From Epiperipatus broadwayi (lineage: Eukaryota > Animalia > Onychophora): DNA of 64,000 bases. Below, in pieces: positions 39,501-53,600 of this stretch (positions are counted from its first letter, which is position 1; each line of letters begins with the position of its first letter). A program made the position numbers and the translations under genes. The notes under the pieces are model-generated. The model worked only from the letters and a program-made list of their open reading frames with translations, was not told the DNA's origin and did no database searches. The DNA is taken from assembly GCA_028023455.1 (NCBI GenBank), contig JAQFVV010000002.1:7750001-7814000 (forward strand). The letters run 5' to 3'.

Positions 39501-40749
39501 ATATATATATATTCCAAATGATTGCTTTGCCAGGCAGATGCACATTCCTGTACTGGATGAGGGACATTCTTTTTTAAAGGATATTATGTTACAGATGCCC
39601 ATTCCTGTTGACATGTTTTTTTGTATGCTAACATCCTCATTTTGCATTGACCACATCAGTATATCAATAAGATGGTGTTGGTTTAGATGCAAACTTATAG
39701 CCTGGAATTAAAAGAGTAAAGTTAATCAAGCATGCAGTCTATGTAGCCTATCTAGCATAACATTCTAAGATATTAAATTGTATAAATGTTTTTGTTATTA
39801 TTACTAACAGTGGTTATTTTATTATCTTTTTTCTTTATTAAAAAAGTATTTTAAAGCTTATATCATTAAACCTCAGCTACTCCATGAGCTTAGTGATTGG
39901 GGCATCTCGGTTGAAGTAAAAATTGAATAATTTTCAGGTTCAAATGGCCTGGTGGCATCCTGCATGGCAGATAGAGTAAGAGTCTCATCCCCAACCATTA
40001 TAATAATGAGAATGAAATTTTAAATAATTTCTTGGTAGAAATGACATTTAAAAATCTATATATTTTAAAATTGGATTATCTAAAAATAATGATTGATTCA
40101 TGGACAACTTATTTTGATAAAAAAAGAGGATCAAAAATCTTTTTTAGATTAATTTAAAAATGTAATTAATTAATTGGGTAGTTTTCTATTCTATCATGTC
40201 AATTGCTTGATGCTAAGGAAAAACACACACACACACACATATATAATGCTACCAGGCCCACCCTGGGTCATTTTTGAAAAAGATTTAAAAAAATAATTTA
40301 TTAATTTTATTTATTGATTGATTTTTTACAATAACTATTTTTGAAAGATAATGTGTATGGATCTTAATGGCACACCTATTAAAAATGATTAATAATTTCC
40401 AACTCAATTGGCTTTTTTTATTACACCTTTTTGTTTGGATATTTCAAGATTAATTAATCAATGGATTCGATATTTGGACAATTACTTTTAGTTTCTGTAG
40501 ATAGAACTATGAGAATGTTCACATTCATACATCCTTGTTTTTTTGTTTGAAAGCTTAACATAATTCATTCCAATTTCCTTCATCAATTTCTGTAATTTAG
40601 TCAAGAACAATTTGATGCTACCAACAAATTTCAAAACCCGCTTGAACTCCAACTCACCCAAAAAAGTCAAATCTTAGTCTTGCAATGTAGGCCAGAGACC
40701 TACTCCTTTTTCACACCCATAAAAATTAAAACTTTATCAAGTGACTTAC

Positions 40750-40848
40750 CTTATTGCAAAGATTTTTTTCCCCAGTAGAATTACTAAATTCACTGTGCTG
40801 GCCAGCTTCTGTGGATGGCAGTTGGATTAATTTCAACGTGTCAGCCAT
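40750..40848 (-). CDS. Candidate first coding exon, 33 codons, unknown product
   Basis: aaaaATGG context, open frame MADTLKLIQLPSTEAGQHSEFSNSTGEKNLCNK, ending at AAG|GTAAGT. No downstream exon identified. Confidence 0.3.
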
Positions 40849-41519
40849 TTTTTGTCATGGACATGTTTTTGCAAAAGCATGATTATTCATGTGAGCTGGT
40901 TGAAATCTTGCTTGGATCTCCCCTTTTCGAATTGATTTGAAGGTTTCACATTGAGTAGGGAAGTGTGGTGATGGTTGGACAATTGTTAGGCGGTAATAGT
41001 AGGTTGAATCACTTGTAAGTTAATTTCTTTGACATGCCTATTTGAAGAGTTGTGATAGGCTGAAGTCTGGACACCCTCACATAATACTGTTGCAAACAGT
41101 GAACTGTGAGCATTGGGATAAAGTGCATAACACTAAAACAGGCCAGGCTGACACGATAAAATAGAAAACTACCATTAATTGAAAGTAACTCATCATAAAA
41201 AAAAAACTTGAATTACCTATCAAAAAATTGACTCTATTTAAAAAAAAAAGGAAAAGAAAATACTTTTATTGACTGAAAAAAAAAGAGTAATTAATAATAT
41301 ATCAATTCATATCATCTATATGTTTATAGATACACATGTATGTGCGAATTTTATATATAGTTTTCAAATGGAATTAATTATGAAATATATTTTTAATAAT
41401 TTATTATTTTGATAAATTCAAAATGTTCATTTTATATTAAGTCACATGTCTGTGCTGATTGGGTTTTAAATAAACCTATATATATATAACATATATGTAA
41501 ATAATAATGTAACTTAAAT

Positions 41520-42400
41520 TTGTATATTAACCTTTGCCTAGAACTAGACGCAGATTTGCGGATGAAGCGCCAACCTGTGGCATTAGTACTCAACGCAACT
41601 TCGCGTTTTGAAATTTCCTTTGACAACAGTCTTGTCTGAAGAATTCTGTTTTTTCGATTCTAGCACATGCGTATATTATCCAGGTATTAGTTTGTAAAGT
41701 TTCACATAGATGGCAGTTATAATTAATGATTTATTCGTTATTCTGTGGATGATAATTTGTAAACCCCGTATTCACTCTTTTATCTACCTATATAGAGAAA
41801 AGACATTATACTTTGATATCTGCAAAATAATTTTCATTTTTTTTAATAATTTGCATTATTCTTTCAATTGGTAAGTTATAATAATTATTTATGATTTATT
41901 TTTCTTTTTTAAAAAATATTTCTATGAAAATAAGCTCTTTGATTTTCTATCAAATATCTAGAATCTGTGATAATTCATCAACTTTCATATTCTTGCATGC
42001 ATTTTTGATATTTATTCTCACAAGTAATATTTTGAAATCAAGTAAATATTACTAACTAAATATTATGTCTATTTCAAAAAATTATAATTATATTTTCTGC
42101 AATAAACAATAAGGTTGTTTTTGTAGATTTTGAAAATATGAAGCATCGTTTTGTAAATTGAAAAATTTTAACATCACGTGATGTTTTCTTATCTATAAAT
42201 GTTTGAATATCTATTATATTTTTTTACAAAATATTTTAGGTTTTAGAAAGTATGTGAATCAAAACTTGATTTATATATATTTTTATAATGTATTTCAATA
42301 TATAAAAAATAAACAGCATTTCTTTTTCATATATTTTGAGTCACGTGATAGCATATACGCATATATCGGTAATTGTAAAAATGTACAGTTTGGACCCCTT
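41520..42400. promoter_or_regulatory. CpG-retaining region with two CACGTG E-boxes (possible promoter)
   Basis: About ten CpGs in 41545-41680; TCACGTGA at ~42173 and ~42342. Confidence 0.35.
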
Positions 42401-44219
42401 TTTTGAAAAAAAAAAACAACGAAAAGGTTAAGAATGTAAATCATAATGTAAAAACTTGAATGTTGTAAATCACATATATGTAAATCACAATATATTTTAT
42501 TATTATTGTCTGTTAAGCAAAATCAGAAGACTTTAATAGGTATAGCATATTCTACAGATCTTAATATCTTATTTTTTACTGTTGTAAATTGTATTTCATC
42601 ATCATTTTTGGTCAACACAACAGTTATAGGGCTTGTGTTCTTCTGATCTGGGAATGTTTAATTAATACTTTTAAGCATCCAGTGATGATCAATCATCATC
42701 ATCTTGGTTGGTATATAAGATTATATTTTTAAATCTTCTGTACTACATTATATTTTAGTTTAGTTTTATTAGAAATTAAGTTTATAGATGGCTACTACAT
42801 TAATGGTACTAAGTGTCCAGAGAATTGATGATGATCAGCATATTTTAATATTCCAGCATTATTGTTCTGATGATTATATATTCTAATGGATGAGCACTTA
42901 AGTTTATGCATCCAAATTATGTTTAAATAATTGCCCAAGCTGGCAAATGCTCAATAGTTAGTCTGGTCTACAGAAGGCCCATTCCAATCCAGTCGCCAAA
43001 TTGACTGTTAACTTATATTGTTATTTTTTCAATCCAGTCACCAGATTGGCTGTTGATTTTATTGATATATTTTGATTATTAATCATTGATGATGATGAAT
43101 GGTATTAGAGTATTACTTTTACTTATTAATAATAGTGGATTTATGTATAATGATGCTTTTAGTTACTCTGAGGAATGACTGGCTGATCTCCTAGAGATCT
43201 ATTGATCTCATGCTCTCTTTAATTGTTAAACATTACTTTAACATTTTTTAATAATATCGACCCTTATATCTTTCTTTAATATCATCCTTTTTATTAAATT
43301 TAATTATTTGAAATATTTTCCATGACCCCAGGGATGACCAACTGGATTTCCCATCCTGTTACAATATATATATATATTAAACTTAGGTCTACTAAGAAAT
43401 AATAATTTAAATCAAATGAAATACATTATTTAATTCATGATGATACAATAGATCTGGGACCTTTAGCATTAGAAATCCCTTTTATGCTAACTATGGTTTT
43501 AAATATAAAACTCATTTTTCAAATTGAGTAAAATTATTAAGATAAAACTCTTATAAGAATTATATTTATTTGTATTTTTAAATTTCATCTTAACTGGATA
43601 TTTATAAAATAAATCTATGAACATTATACGGGTTGCATAAATTTTGATCAATATAACCAATTCCTTTATTTCTAATAAATAGACTTTTTATACCAAATAT
43701 AATTATGATTATAGTCATTATTATGAATTGGATATTTATTATTATACTCATAGCAATTTACACATATGATTATAGTCTTGTAATAAGGTATATTTTCTAA
43801 ATTACTATAACCATAAATTAAGCATTTAGCATTGGCTCTACTCTGTGATTGAGAAAAATTCCTATGTTCCCAGCTGAAATACGTATATTCACAACTATGT
43901 ACCTCATGATAATAAAACCATTTAGATTCTAAAGACTTCATTTTTAGGAATGAAATTTCATATTTATCAGTACTAACTAAGTTTGTGATGGAATTCCTTT
44001 TTAGAGAAATCTGGTTATTTACTTTAGGTTCTACTATGTCTAAATTAATACCATAATTTAAATAATTCTGCTCATTTTGAGTTTCTAAACTTTTTATTTC
44101 CTTTCCATACTCACTTTGTATTTTTCTATCTCTGTATTATTATGCATACATTTGTTTAGCTTATTTTATAGGATTTTATTCCTATTCTGAAACTCCAATC
44201 TATATTTTTCAACCTTAGT

Positions 44220-44720
44220 TTTTATCTTCTGAAAACTTTTGTCTTTCTCATGCTATTTTCTAACTTATTGGGTTTGATTTGCATTTGATTTTGAGTTTCT
44301 TCCACTTTATTTTCTAATTTATTAAATTTAACTTTCAAGTCATATGCTTGCTCTTGTCCCAACTTTATCTGCTGAATTAATTCTGTACACACAGATTTAA
44401 TCTTTTGCTTTAATCTATTTTTTAATTCATATTGACCCTGTTCTATCTTCATTATTAATATTTCTTGGCCTATCTTCATTTCTTGTTTAAATATTTCCTG
44501 ATATTTGCCACATTTTTTTTGATTGTCATCAATCTTATTCATTAGATTTCTTGATAATTTTTCCTGACTTTGTTTTATTTTTTAAGTATTTATTGATTCT
44601 GGTTAGACTTTTTTGATTTTGTTTTATTTCACTCTTCAACATTGCTATTATAAATTTATTTTGATCATTTTTGGATGTAACTGAAACATCACTATCTTCT
44701 CTTCTATGTCCTAATATTTC
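44220..44720 (-). pseudogene. Coiled-coil gag-like N-terminal relic of an LTR element
   Basis: ORF 44222-44542 gives EMKIGQE...KIEQGQYELKNRLKQKI...KLENKVEE, a heptad pattern like arthropod LTR gag N-termini. Pattern-level only. Confidence 0.4.
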
Positions 44721-45699
44721 TGATTCTTTCTCATTTTACAATAGCTTATTTTGAATTTGTATTTATTAATTCATTTAAAAAAAAAAGAACATGAATTTTC
44801 TCCTCAACTCAATATCCTAGATTGGATGAACTGAATAACTTATTTTTTACTATGCTTTATATTTCTACCCTTACAACTTAATTAGATTCCTACTTATACA
44901 TATATTTCAATTTATACCAGAGACCCTCCCAATATAAAGTACTAAAATAGCATCATTTCTTAATAGTGATTGATTTACCTATTCATAATATTATTATTCC
45001 AAACTAGTATATGTATGCTCAATTTTCAGATTATATCATGTGCAATATAGTGTAAATTTTATGACTGCTCAAAAGATTTTGTGTTATGTCATTGTTAATA
45101 AATTCAAAAAGAAAGTATCAATGTTTTTCATTTATTTTCCAAAATTAAATAGGTGACAAATACATTCAATAAAATAATAAATTGGCTTCAAAGGAAATTT
45201 TAATAAATGTTTATTATAGTAAGCCACATTTTTTTGACATTTTACTAACATATACGACATAATTTAGTGCTTTCAAAACAAGCATAAATTCTTACTTCTA
45301 TTATTATTTGACAAGTCCACATATCACCATTTAGTACTCTGACTTCATTTTCTCTTTTCTAGCATATTTACTAAAGTATTTTATTTACAAAGAATTTTAT
45401 AGGCCTGTTACCTATCAATTCATGTATTGTTGCATTAATTTTCAGAAAACAATCCAATAAACAAGTCTAAATTTGAACCCTCAACAAAACAATAGCTATA
45501 AAATTAAAATTACTTTTGACTTATTAATCAGTTCTATTTAACATTAACACAGACAATTATAGCTTATATTAATTATAATTATTAAGCAAATATTCTACTT
45601 TTACATATTTATTTTTTATGACTAAATCTCATAGGTTATGAATAAACAATTGAGCCCCATGTTGGTACCAAAAATATATCTGATTCACTTAGGTAATCA

Positions 45700-47050
45700 C
45701 CACATATGAATTTATAATAATCTAAACCTATATCATATTTAAGGCGCCAATGAGCCTAAGCATTGATAAGGATTTTATTTGCTAAATAAAAAATTCATTA
45801 AATGATTTATCTAGTGAATCTGTAGTTTGGAATATGGGAATCAATACTTTTGAAATAAAATAATTTGTAAAATAAATAAATTAAGTAATGCATAGATTAA
45901 TAATAAATTGTAAGTTTATTAAGGTAACACAAAATTGAGTTCAACAATTGAAAGGAAGTAATCAATAGTATCATTATAATTTATGCATGATAGTTTGCAA
46001 TTACCAAGTTATAATCTATATCTTAAAGATTGTTAAACATGCATTTTCAGAAGAGCTTTAATACATACAATCTTTCACACAGTATGAAAATTATTTCTTT
46101 TTTAAATATCTTTTAAATCAAGTAATGCTTTTATCACAATCACCTATGTTCAGAATAAAAAAAAATTAATGTTATATGTTTTAATTTTGATTATTTTAGA
46201 AAAATTAATGTCAATAACAAATTTAAGTTTTATTTACTTAATCTAATAATTAAGTTCATCTGGAATAAGATAAATTACATTGGCTAAATTTTAAACGAAA
46301 GGAATTTGATAGATATCTATTAATATTATTATTATGTTGGAATATTGAAGATAAAGGTAAAAGTTAATTTAGCAAAGAATTTTCAGAAATTATTTGTTTA
46401 TGTTGGAGCCTATTACCAAGAATGATATCCTTAATATTCAGATTGCAGTTTCATTTCCTGCAATGTTTTTCTATAACAACATTTCTACAATGATAGACAA
46501 TGATGTAGGACTTTATGGGCATTATCATTAGATGATATCCAACTATTACTTTTTATTAAACATTACAGTTCATATCAAATCCAAGGGTTCAATGGATTTA
46601 AATGGTTTAGCATAGTATTTATTGTTATCCATTTCATTTATTCTTACAGACATTAACTGAGGAGAGCTCATGCCTTCTCCTTTGTAGTCTCTACTGAATA
46701 TATATTATAGCTTATATCAAAATCCTAAGAATATTAAAGAAAAGCAGGTAAAATAAACAAACTCCTTCCAAAGAAAAAGAAAGTTTGTGTATTTTTTTTC
46801 TGAGTTTTTCTGTTACTTTCCAACAATACATTTTTTGGCTCATGAATTTTTTTTCCTTTTTAATCCTAACAAAGTCTCTTATTATTCAATTTAATAAAGC
46901 AAATTTTTTCATTTTATTTTCACTTAAATAAATCATACATTCTCTGTGCATTCACTCTACATTTAAATTTATTTATTAAAGATAAATGATTTCTAATTGT
47001 TTTCTTTATTTATTTATCTGTAGACTATACATAGTTAATATGTGGTAGAT
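45700..47050 (+). repeat. Duplicated segment, copy B (uninterrupted, empty site)
   Basis: Joins both halves of copy A through acaaagtctcttattattcaat at ~46870-46890. Pseudo-exon 46650-46747 has CAG|GTAAAA and an in-frame TGA. Confidence 0.9.
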
Positions 47051-48049
47051 GTTTGTGTCATGATATATTATTCAGGAAGTATGTTTTATTTTGTTTCATT
47101 ATTTAATTTAAGTTTGAGTAATATAATTAAAGTACAAATAAATCATTCATATTTAATACAAATAATTTATGTATCTTTGTAAAATAGTGATTTTATTTAA
47201 ATTGATCACTTTTCATTTATGGTGGTAAAAGGATTTGGAAATAAACTGAAACTGATTTAGTTATTTAATTTATATTTATTTATTAGTGGTGATATAAATA
47301 TTTTCTCTTTGGTTAGTAGTGTATTGTCATTTGCATCATTTACAGTTACACAAGTTAGGAATTTTAATAATACAGACATTATTAAATTATTTTACATATT
47401 CATTAATTGATGTATTATTTTTCATTGTAAATAAATTATTTTATTGATTAAAATTAAAATTTTTTAATTATTCTAATTCACTGAGTATATTATTTTATAG
47501 TATTAATTTAAAGTATATCTATATAATTACATTTTCTAATAAATATATTAAATATTTAATTAGCTAAGAATAAACAAACATCTATATATCTTAATAATTT
47601 ATAATCTTATTTTAGCAACTTCCTTATTTACATTTCATTAATTATATAAGTTAAGTTAATGTCTCAATAAATATTAATTAGTTACCTGAAATTAAATAAA
47701 TTGATGCTCAACCTATGTATGTTTTATAATTTATATTCTTCAACTAATTATTTTATATGTGTTATGCTGTTATATTTTGAAAATAAATTATACTTCATGT
47801 TTAAACAGATAAGTTATTTATTTAATTTATTATAATTAAGTTGATTTACAACAATATATATTTTGATATCCTAACCTAATGACCTATTTTCTAATTTAAT
47901 CATATTTATACAGATGCAGATTTTGGTTCTAGATATTATAGGCCATTAAATATGGTATTCATTAGTTTGTAATGATATAAATTTTCACTAGCCTAAATTT
48001 GCAAGCCTTGATTGATAAATCTCTATTCATTTAATACTGTTACAATATG

Positions 48050-50675
48050 TTTAATAAATTAGACAAATGTTTTTAACATCCTCAGCTGAAAATGTCTTAT
48101 TATTTTCTTCATATGAATTAGTCTCTTTTTTTAGACACATCTGAGCATGTTTTAAGTGTGGTACACCAGAATCATAGCTTTCACTAAGTGATTAGGATTG
48201 CAGCCCTATTTATTGAGATGTGGTAATTATTTAAAATAGACTTTACATATTCCATTTGGTCAAATGTTGAATACTGTTTCCTTTTTATTACAGATGAGAT
48301 CATGGTTGACAATAAACCACACTTCCCAAACTTTTCTCTTCCTGCCATCTTGTCCTACACAAATTAGATTCAGATTCTTTGGATTGAAAGTGTGACCAAA
48401 TTATTGTTTGTGTTTTCCAGAGATGAGATACATATATTCTGAATTATTTTTGCACAGTTATATAGGTATTTGTGTTAGGACATTCTTATGGTGATGATTG
48501 TCCTCAATTTCCAATAGTATACAGCTGTACAAGCAGTGTTGCTGCATTGGACTTGTCTATCTTTGGCATTGTTAATTCATCTGTTAAGATTAGAGGAATT
48601 CAAAAACTGACATTAAATGGAGCACAGATCTTTATCATTTTATTGTTAGTTTATGGATGTATGGCATGCTCATTCATGATTTAGTTTCTTTCTGATTTGA
48701 CAGAATGTTTATATTTTTATAAAATAGTTTAATTGCATTTAATAGAATGTTTTATTATAGCCTATACTACATAGATAATTGACATATGTATCTATGTTTG
48801 ATATTATGTCAGCATCATATTTACAGAGGTTTAGATTTCTTTTTTAAAAACCTTTGATTCTGGCTAGTTTATGAGCCATTGGTATGTATGTTTGTGGGGG
48901 AATAGCATATTTAATTTCTGGTGTTTATGTGATCTAGATGATTCTTGTTTCTTTATATTAGCAAATCCAAAAACTTGAGCTCTTGTGAAGAGTTTTCATG
49001 TTCAATAATCCCTGTTAAGATTGTCTCTCTTGCTAATAATTTCCATAGATGTGCAATGGTTTATTCAGGGGAAAATATTAAGATTTCATCAGTATAATGT
49101 TTGTATATAATATATGGGTCTTATCTATGAATGTAGGTATAATTTTTTCTTCAGCATTGGCAAGTGTAACTGAATATAATGCCACTCAGAGGCAGAGCCA
49201 TTGGTCTTTTCATACTGTGGAATGTATTGTTGTATTTAGATGCAATGTCTTTGTCAATCCAGTGGAGAATGTCTATGATAAAATCTCATTTTTGAGAATT
49301 GTATTATGTTTTCAGTAATAAATTTTGTATAACACATATTAAAAAGAACTACAAGTTAGTATCACTATTAATATAATACAAAATCTATTACTGAAAACAG
49401 AATGCAATTCTTAAAACAAGATTTTATCATTATCGCTATGAACGAGATTGACAAAGACATTACATATTAATTCAACAATAGATTCTACAATATTGAAAGA
49501 TCATGCCAATGGTTCTGCCTATACGTGTCATTATATACACCTTAACATTTGCCAATACTGAAAAAAAAATTATACTTATGTTTATAGGTAAATATTCAAA
49601 ATATTATATACAAATGATATGTTGATGATGCCTTAATATTGGCCCTGAAGAAATCATTGCATATCTATGGAAATTACTAACATGAGAAATGGCCTTTACA
49701 TGGACTATTGAACATGAAAACATTTCACAAGTGCTTAAGTTTTTGGATTTGTTAATCCAAAGAAGCAAAAATCATCTAAACTACAAAATGATCATAAAGC
49801 CACTTGAAATAAGAAGCACACTGCAATCTTGCACATCCATGGACCATAATCTAGCTGGAACTAAAGGTTTCTTAATAAGAAATGTAAACCTCTGTAAATA
49901 TGGTGTCTGTAAATCCAAAGCTGACAGGGAAATATCTACATCAATGATATATTTAGAATAGATATAACAAAAACATCTTATTAAATGTAATTAAACAATT
50001 TTATAAAATATAAAACACCCTGTCCAATTCTAATAAGAATGTAAACCATGAAAAAGTATGCCTTACATCCATGAACTAACAAAATAAAAAAGATATGTGT
50101 TCTAACATTTAACATGTTTCTGAACCCCCATAATCTTAACAGATTAATTACAATGCCAAAGAAAAACTGCCATTGGAAGACATACTTCAGATTGTATACT
50201 GTGGAGAATTGAGAACAAACTTTACCACAAGAATGATACACAAATATCAATATAAGCCTGCAAAAAGCAATTCTAAATATAAATCTGTCTTCTTGGAATA
50301 TGAACAACAATTCAGTCATACCTTCAATTCCATGGATGTCAACCTAGCTTGCATTGAGTAAGATGACAAAAAGAGAAAAGTTAAAGGAGGGTAGTTTTAT
50401 CATCAACCACAATCACATCATTAATAATAAAAAAATGGTATGTAACTTTTGACCAAATGGAATATATAAAATCTAATTTAAATAAACACCACAATTATTC
50501 CTCAATAAATAAGGCAGCACACTTAGCCAATCAGTGAGAGCTATGAAAACTGGTGCACCATGCTGAAAGTGCACTTACCTGTGTCTAAGAAAAAAAAGAC
50601 TAATTCATATGAAGAAAATAATAAAAGCTTTTTGATTATGACATTAAAAATATTCTGCTAATTTTTATAACTTGG
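48050..50675. mobile_element. Large fold-back Penelope-like element (~1.3-kb arms, centre ~49350)
   Basis: The arms are diverged reverse complements. The right arm (+) has ANGSA (motif B' relic), YVDD at 49618, FTWTIEHEN...FLDLLI, and GIY-YIG-like VYCGELRTNFTTR...HTF (50173-50361). Confidence 0.85.
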
Positions 50676-53600
50676 TTATTAGTTTAGAAGATATAAGCAC
50701 AGTGTGTTATAGATTTTATCTGATATACACCAAGAATATTATTATCTGAAAATAAGAAAATAATTAATTACCCACATGTAAATTGTATATATAATATTAA
50801 ATATTGAAGTCAAAGAAAAACATTAGATAAATGTCAATTCAAATTACTGTATTAGGTTTAAAATATCCATCCAGGATATGTTTAAATGTTAGGTTATTTA
50901 GTTAAATTTATTTTATATTATATAATTTCAGTATAATAACTTTATATATATTTATTTGTATTTTTATTTACTTTCTCAACATGAAAATAGTTCCTGACTT
51001 CACTTTATTTTAGTTAATATCTTCTGACACCACAAATACTGATTGGTCCCTCTTTAGAAAATAAATCTTTTGCCTGCTTTTTATTTTTTGATTTACAATA
51101 TCTAATTCCATCACCATAATCTAAGACTCCCCAGTGTTTTTGTTTTTAATTACTTTTTTTACATTGCTCTTTTCTTTTTTTTAGGCACTCACATATTCTA
51201 TTATTTTGCTTTTTGTAATAATAGTATTCCTACAATTCTCATTTATATCTCTTTTTCTATTATTCTCTGTAATAAACTGTCACCAAAAACTGGAAATATT
51301 TTTTTAAATTCATAATAATCCACTTTTGATCCTTCATCTTTACATTTAGTATTTTATCCATTAGAATATAAAATTATTTTACTAACATTAACTATATAAC
51401 TCTTATTTTTCTAATTTATTCAACCAATAGTTTTGCTATTGAAATCAGATTTTCCTTCTTCAGTATTTATAAATGTTATACAATCTGGAAAAGCCAAAAT
51501 AGCAATATTAGATTAGTTGGAGCATCTAACATTATGATAATTAAATGAGTAACAATTATTAATGATTACAAATCAGTATAATTAAATGTTGGGATGGGGT
51601 TTGATAAAAAGTAGTGGAAATTGAAAGAGAATAGAATTAAGTATTATATTTTGAATGATATTTTAAGCTATTCATTGATGAGAATGAAACAAAAGATATC
51701 ACACACGTATATTTAGAAACAATTTGGATCTATCAAAAGAAGACTATTCTGCTTTTAACGATGATTAATCATTATTATTAACAGCTACTTGCATATGAGT
51801 ATGACCATTCTAATTTTAAAAGAAGAAAAAACAAAAATAAAAGAGAAGACTAATGAGAACAGTACACTATAATGAATTTTGAATATATATAACATATTGT
51901 TTCAATGATCTTTTTATTTGATATCTTGTGATGCTGTCTTCTAACTTCTGCAATATTTTTTTCTTACTGAAAGACTTCAACACTGTCTAAATATAGCTTT
52001 TTGTTATATTTCATCTTTAATCACATCTTTTCAACAAAAGCAATTAATATTGCAATTTTTAAGAGCATGTTTGAGATCATATTTATAGCATCAGATGGTT
52101 TTTCTCTCCCTAAAATGTTTGTTACCAATCATTTGTTTTATAATTCCAGTCCAGCAAAATTGTGATTTTGCAATAATAGATTATACTATCATATCCCATA
52201 AACTGAATAACAAATTGATTACCTTTATGATCTTATTATAATATTTTTAGAATTTTATAGAACATCTTTAAAAGTATTTTTTCTAATATATTAAATAATT
52301 GATTAGGTCTTATTTTTATAGAAGAAATTAGGTAAAGTAATTAGTATTTTTTTCATAATGCTTGATTTGTTATCATAATTCATCAATCTATTTAATTCAC
52401 CTTCTTCGGTCTTCATTTTTATGCTTACATATTACAATATTAAAAATGCATTCAGACATTATATTAATTGTTAAAATTATTAAAAAGTCTATTTTATTTT
52501 TAAAAAACTATCAATAAAAATATCAGAAAAAAATGTGCATCACTTGAAATATATGTAGTAATAGAGCTAATGGTCATTTTAAGAGCTAAATGTTTTTGGC
52601 TCAATTCCAAAACTGGGGGAGAGAAACAAATGTAGCCATTATGTCTATCTTACTGCTTGACCACGTAGCAATATAATAAAGAAGAAAATATTACAATCTC
52701 ACAAACAAAAGTTAAGAGAGAAAAAATTGTGCTACCTATAATATTGTATTTTAAACAGAGTCAAGAGCATTAAGTAGATAAATAGTAATTGAATAGATAG
52801 TTTCTTGGAAGATCATGTGATGTTTGAGTGCCAGATTGACAGAAATGAGCTTTTAAACAAGCATTTTTAGCTCTTGATTTAGTGCTTCTATTACAGCATT
52901 ACACTATCATGCTGAGAAGTATTGAATATTTCAGCCTTTAATTGAAAGATTTTGCAAATATAATTATGAATTAATCATCATGACAATCTTTTTATTAGAA
53001 ATTGATGACCTCTATCTTCACTCACAATTAGTTGTATAAAATATTGATTTAGTCAGTGGATGCTGAATGGTAAGGTTAAGATATGTACATGCAGTTACTA
53101 TCTATTTTTTTCAGGTTTTGAAATTTTTTGATCATTTACTTGACAATATAATATTAGTAGGATGCAATATGGAAGTAATTGATATTCAATATCCATTGAC
53201 TAAATCAATAATAACATAAATAGCCATGGATATCACAAAACCATGTCATAAAACAAATCATTATCTGGGAATCAATCAAGATAATACCCTTTTAAAAGGA
53301 ATTCTGTGTTTTAGTAGCATTTCAAACTTGAAAATCCATGTTGGTAATTTTTAAATGTTTAAAAGTTGATGAAATTTAACAGTAGTAGTAATTGCTTTTA
53401 AAGAAACAACATCAAGTTTTAAGATGAACTCAATAATTAATAATTAATTATTAATAATTAATTATGTGATATGGATTTCATTAATACATTGATCCTTGAC
53501 TATAACATAATCTTTAAAATGCTTTTTCTTTTAATATAAATGCATCTAATTCTTGTATTTTTAGCATTTTTACTGCTAATAGTTCAGTAGCACATTAAAA

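Noticed and set aside
51050-51560. Possible LINE endonuclease relic (-); also an RT-like LYKDDI near 59345
   Set aside because: Too degenerate to call without a profile search.
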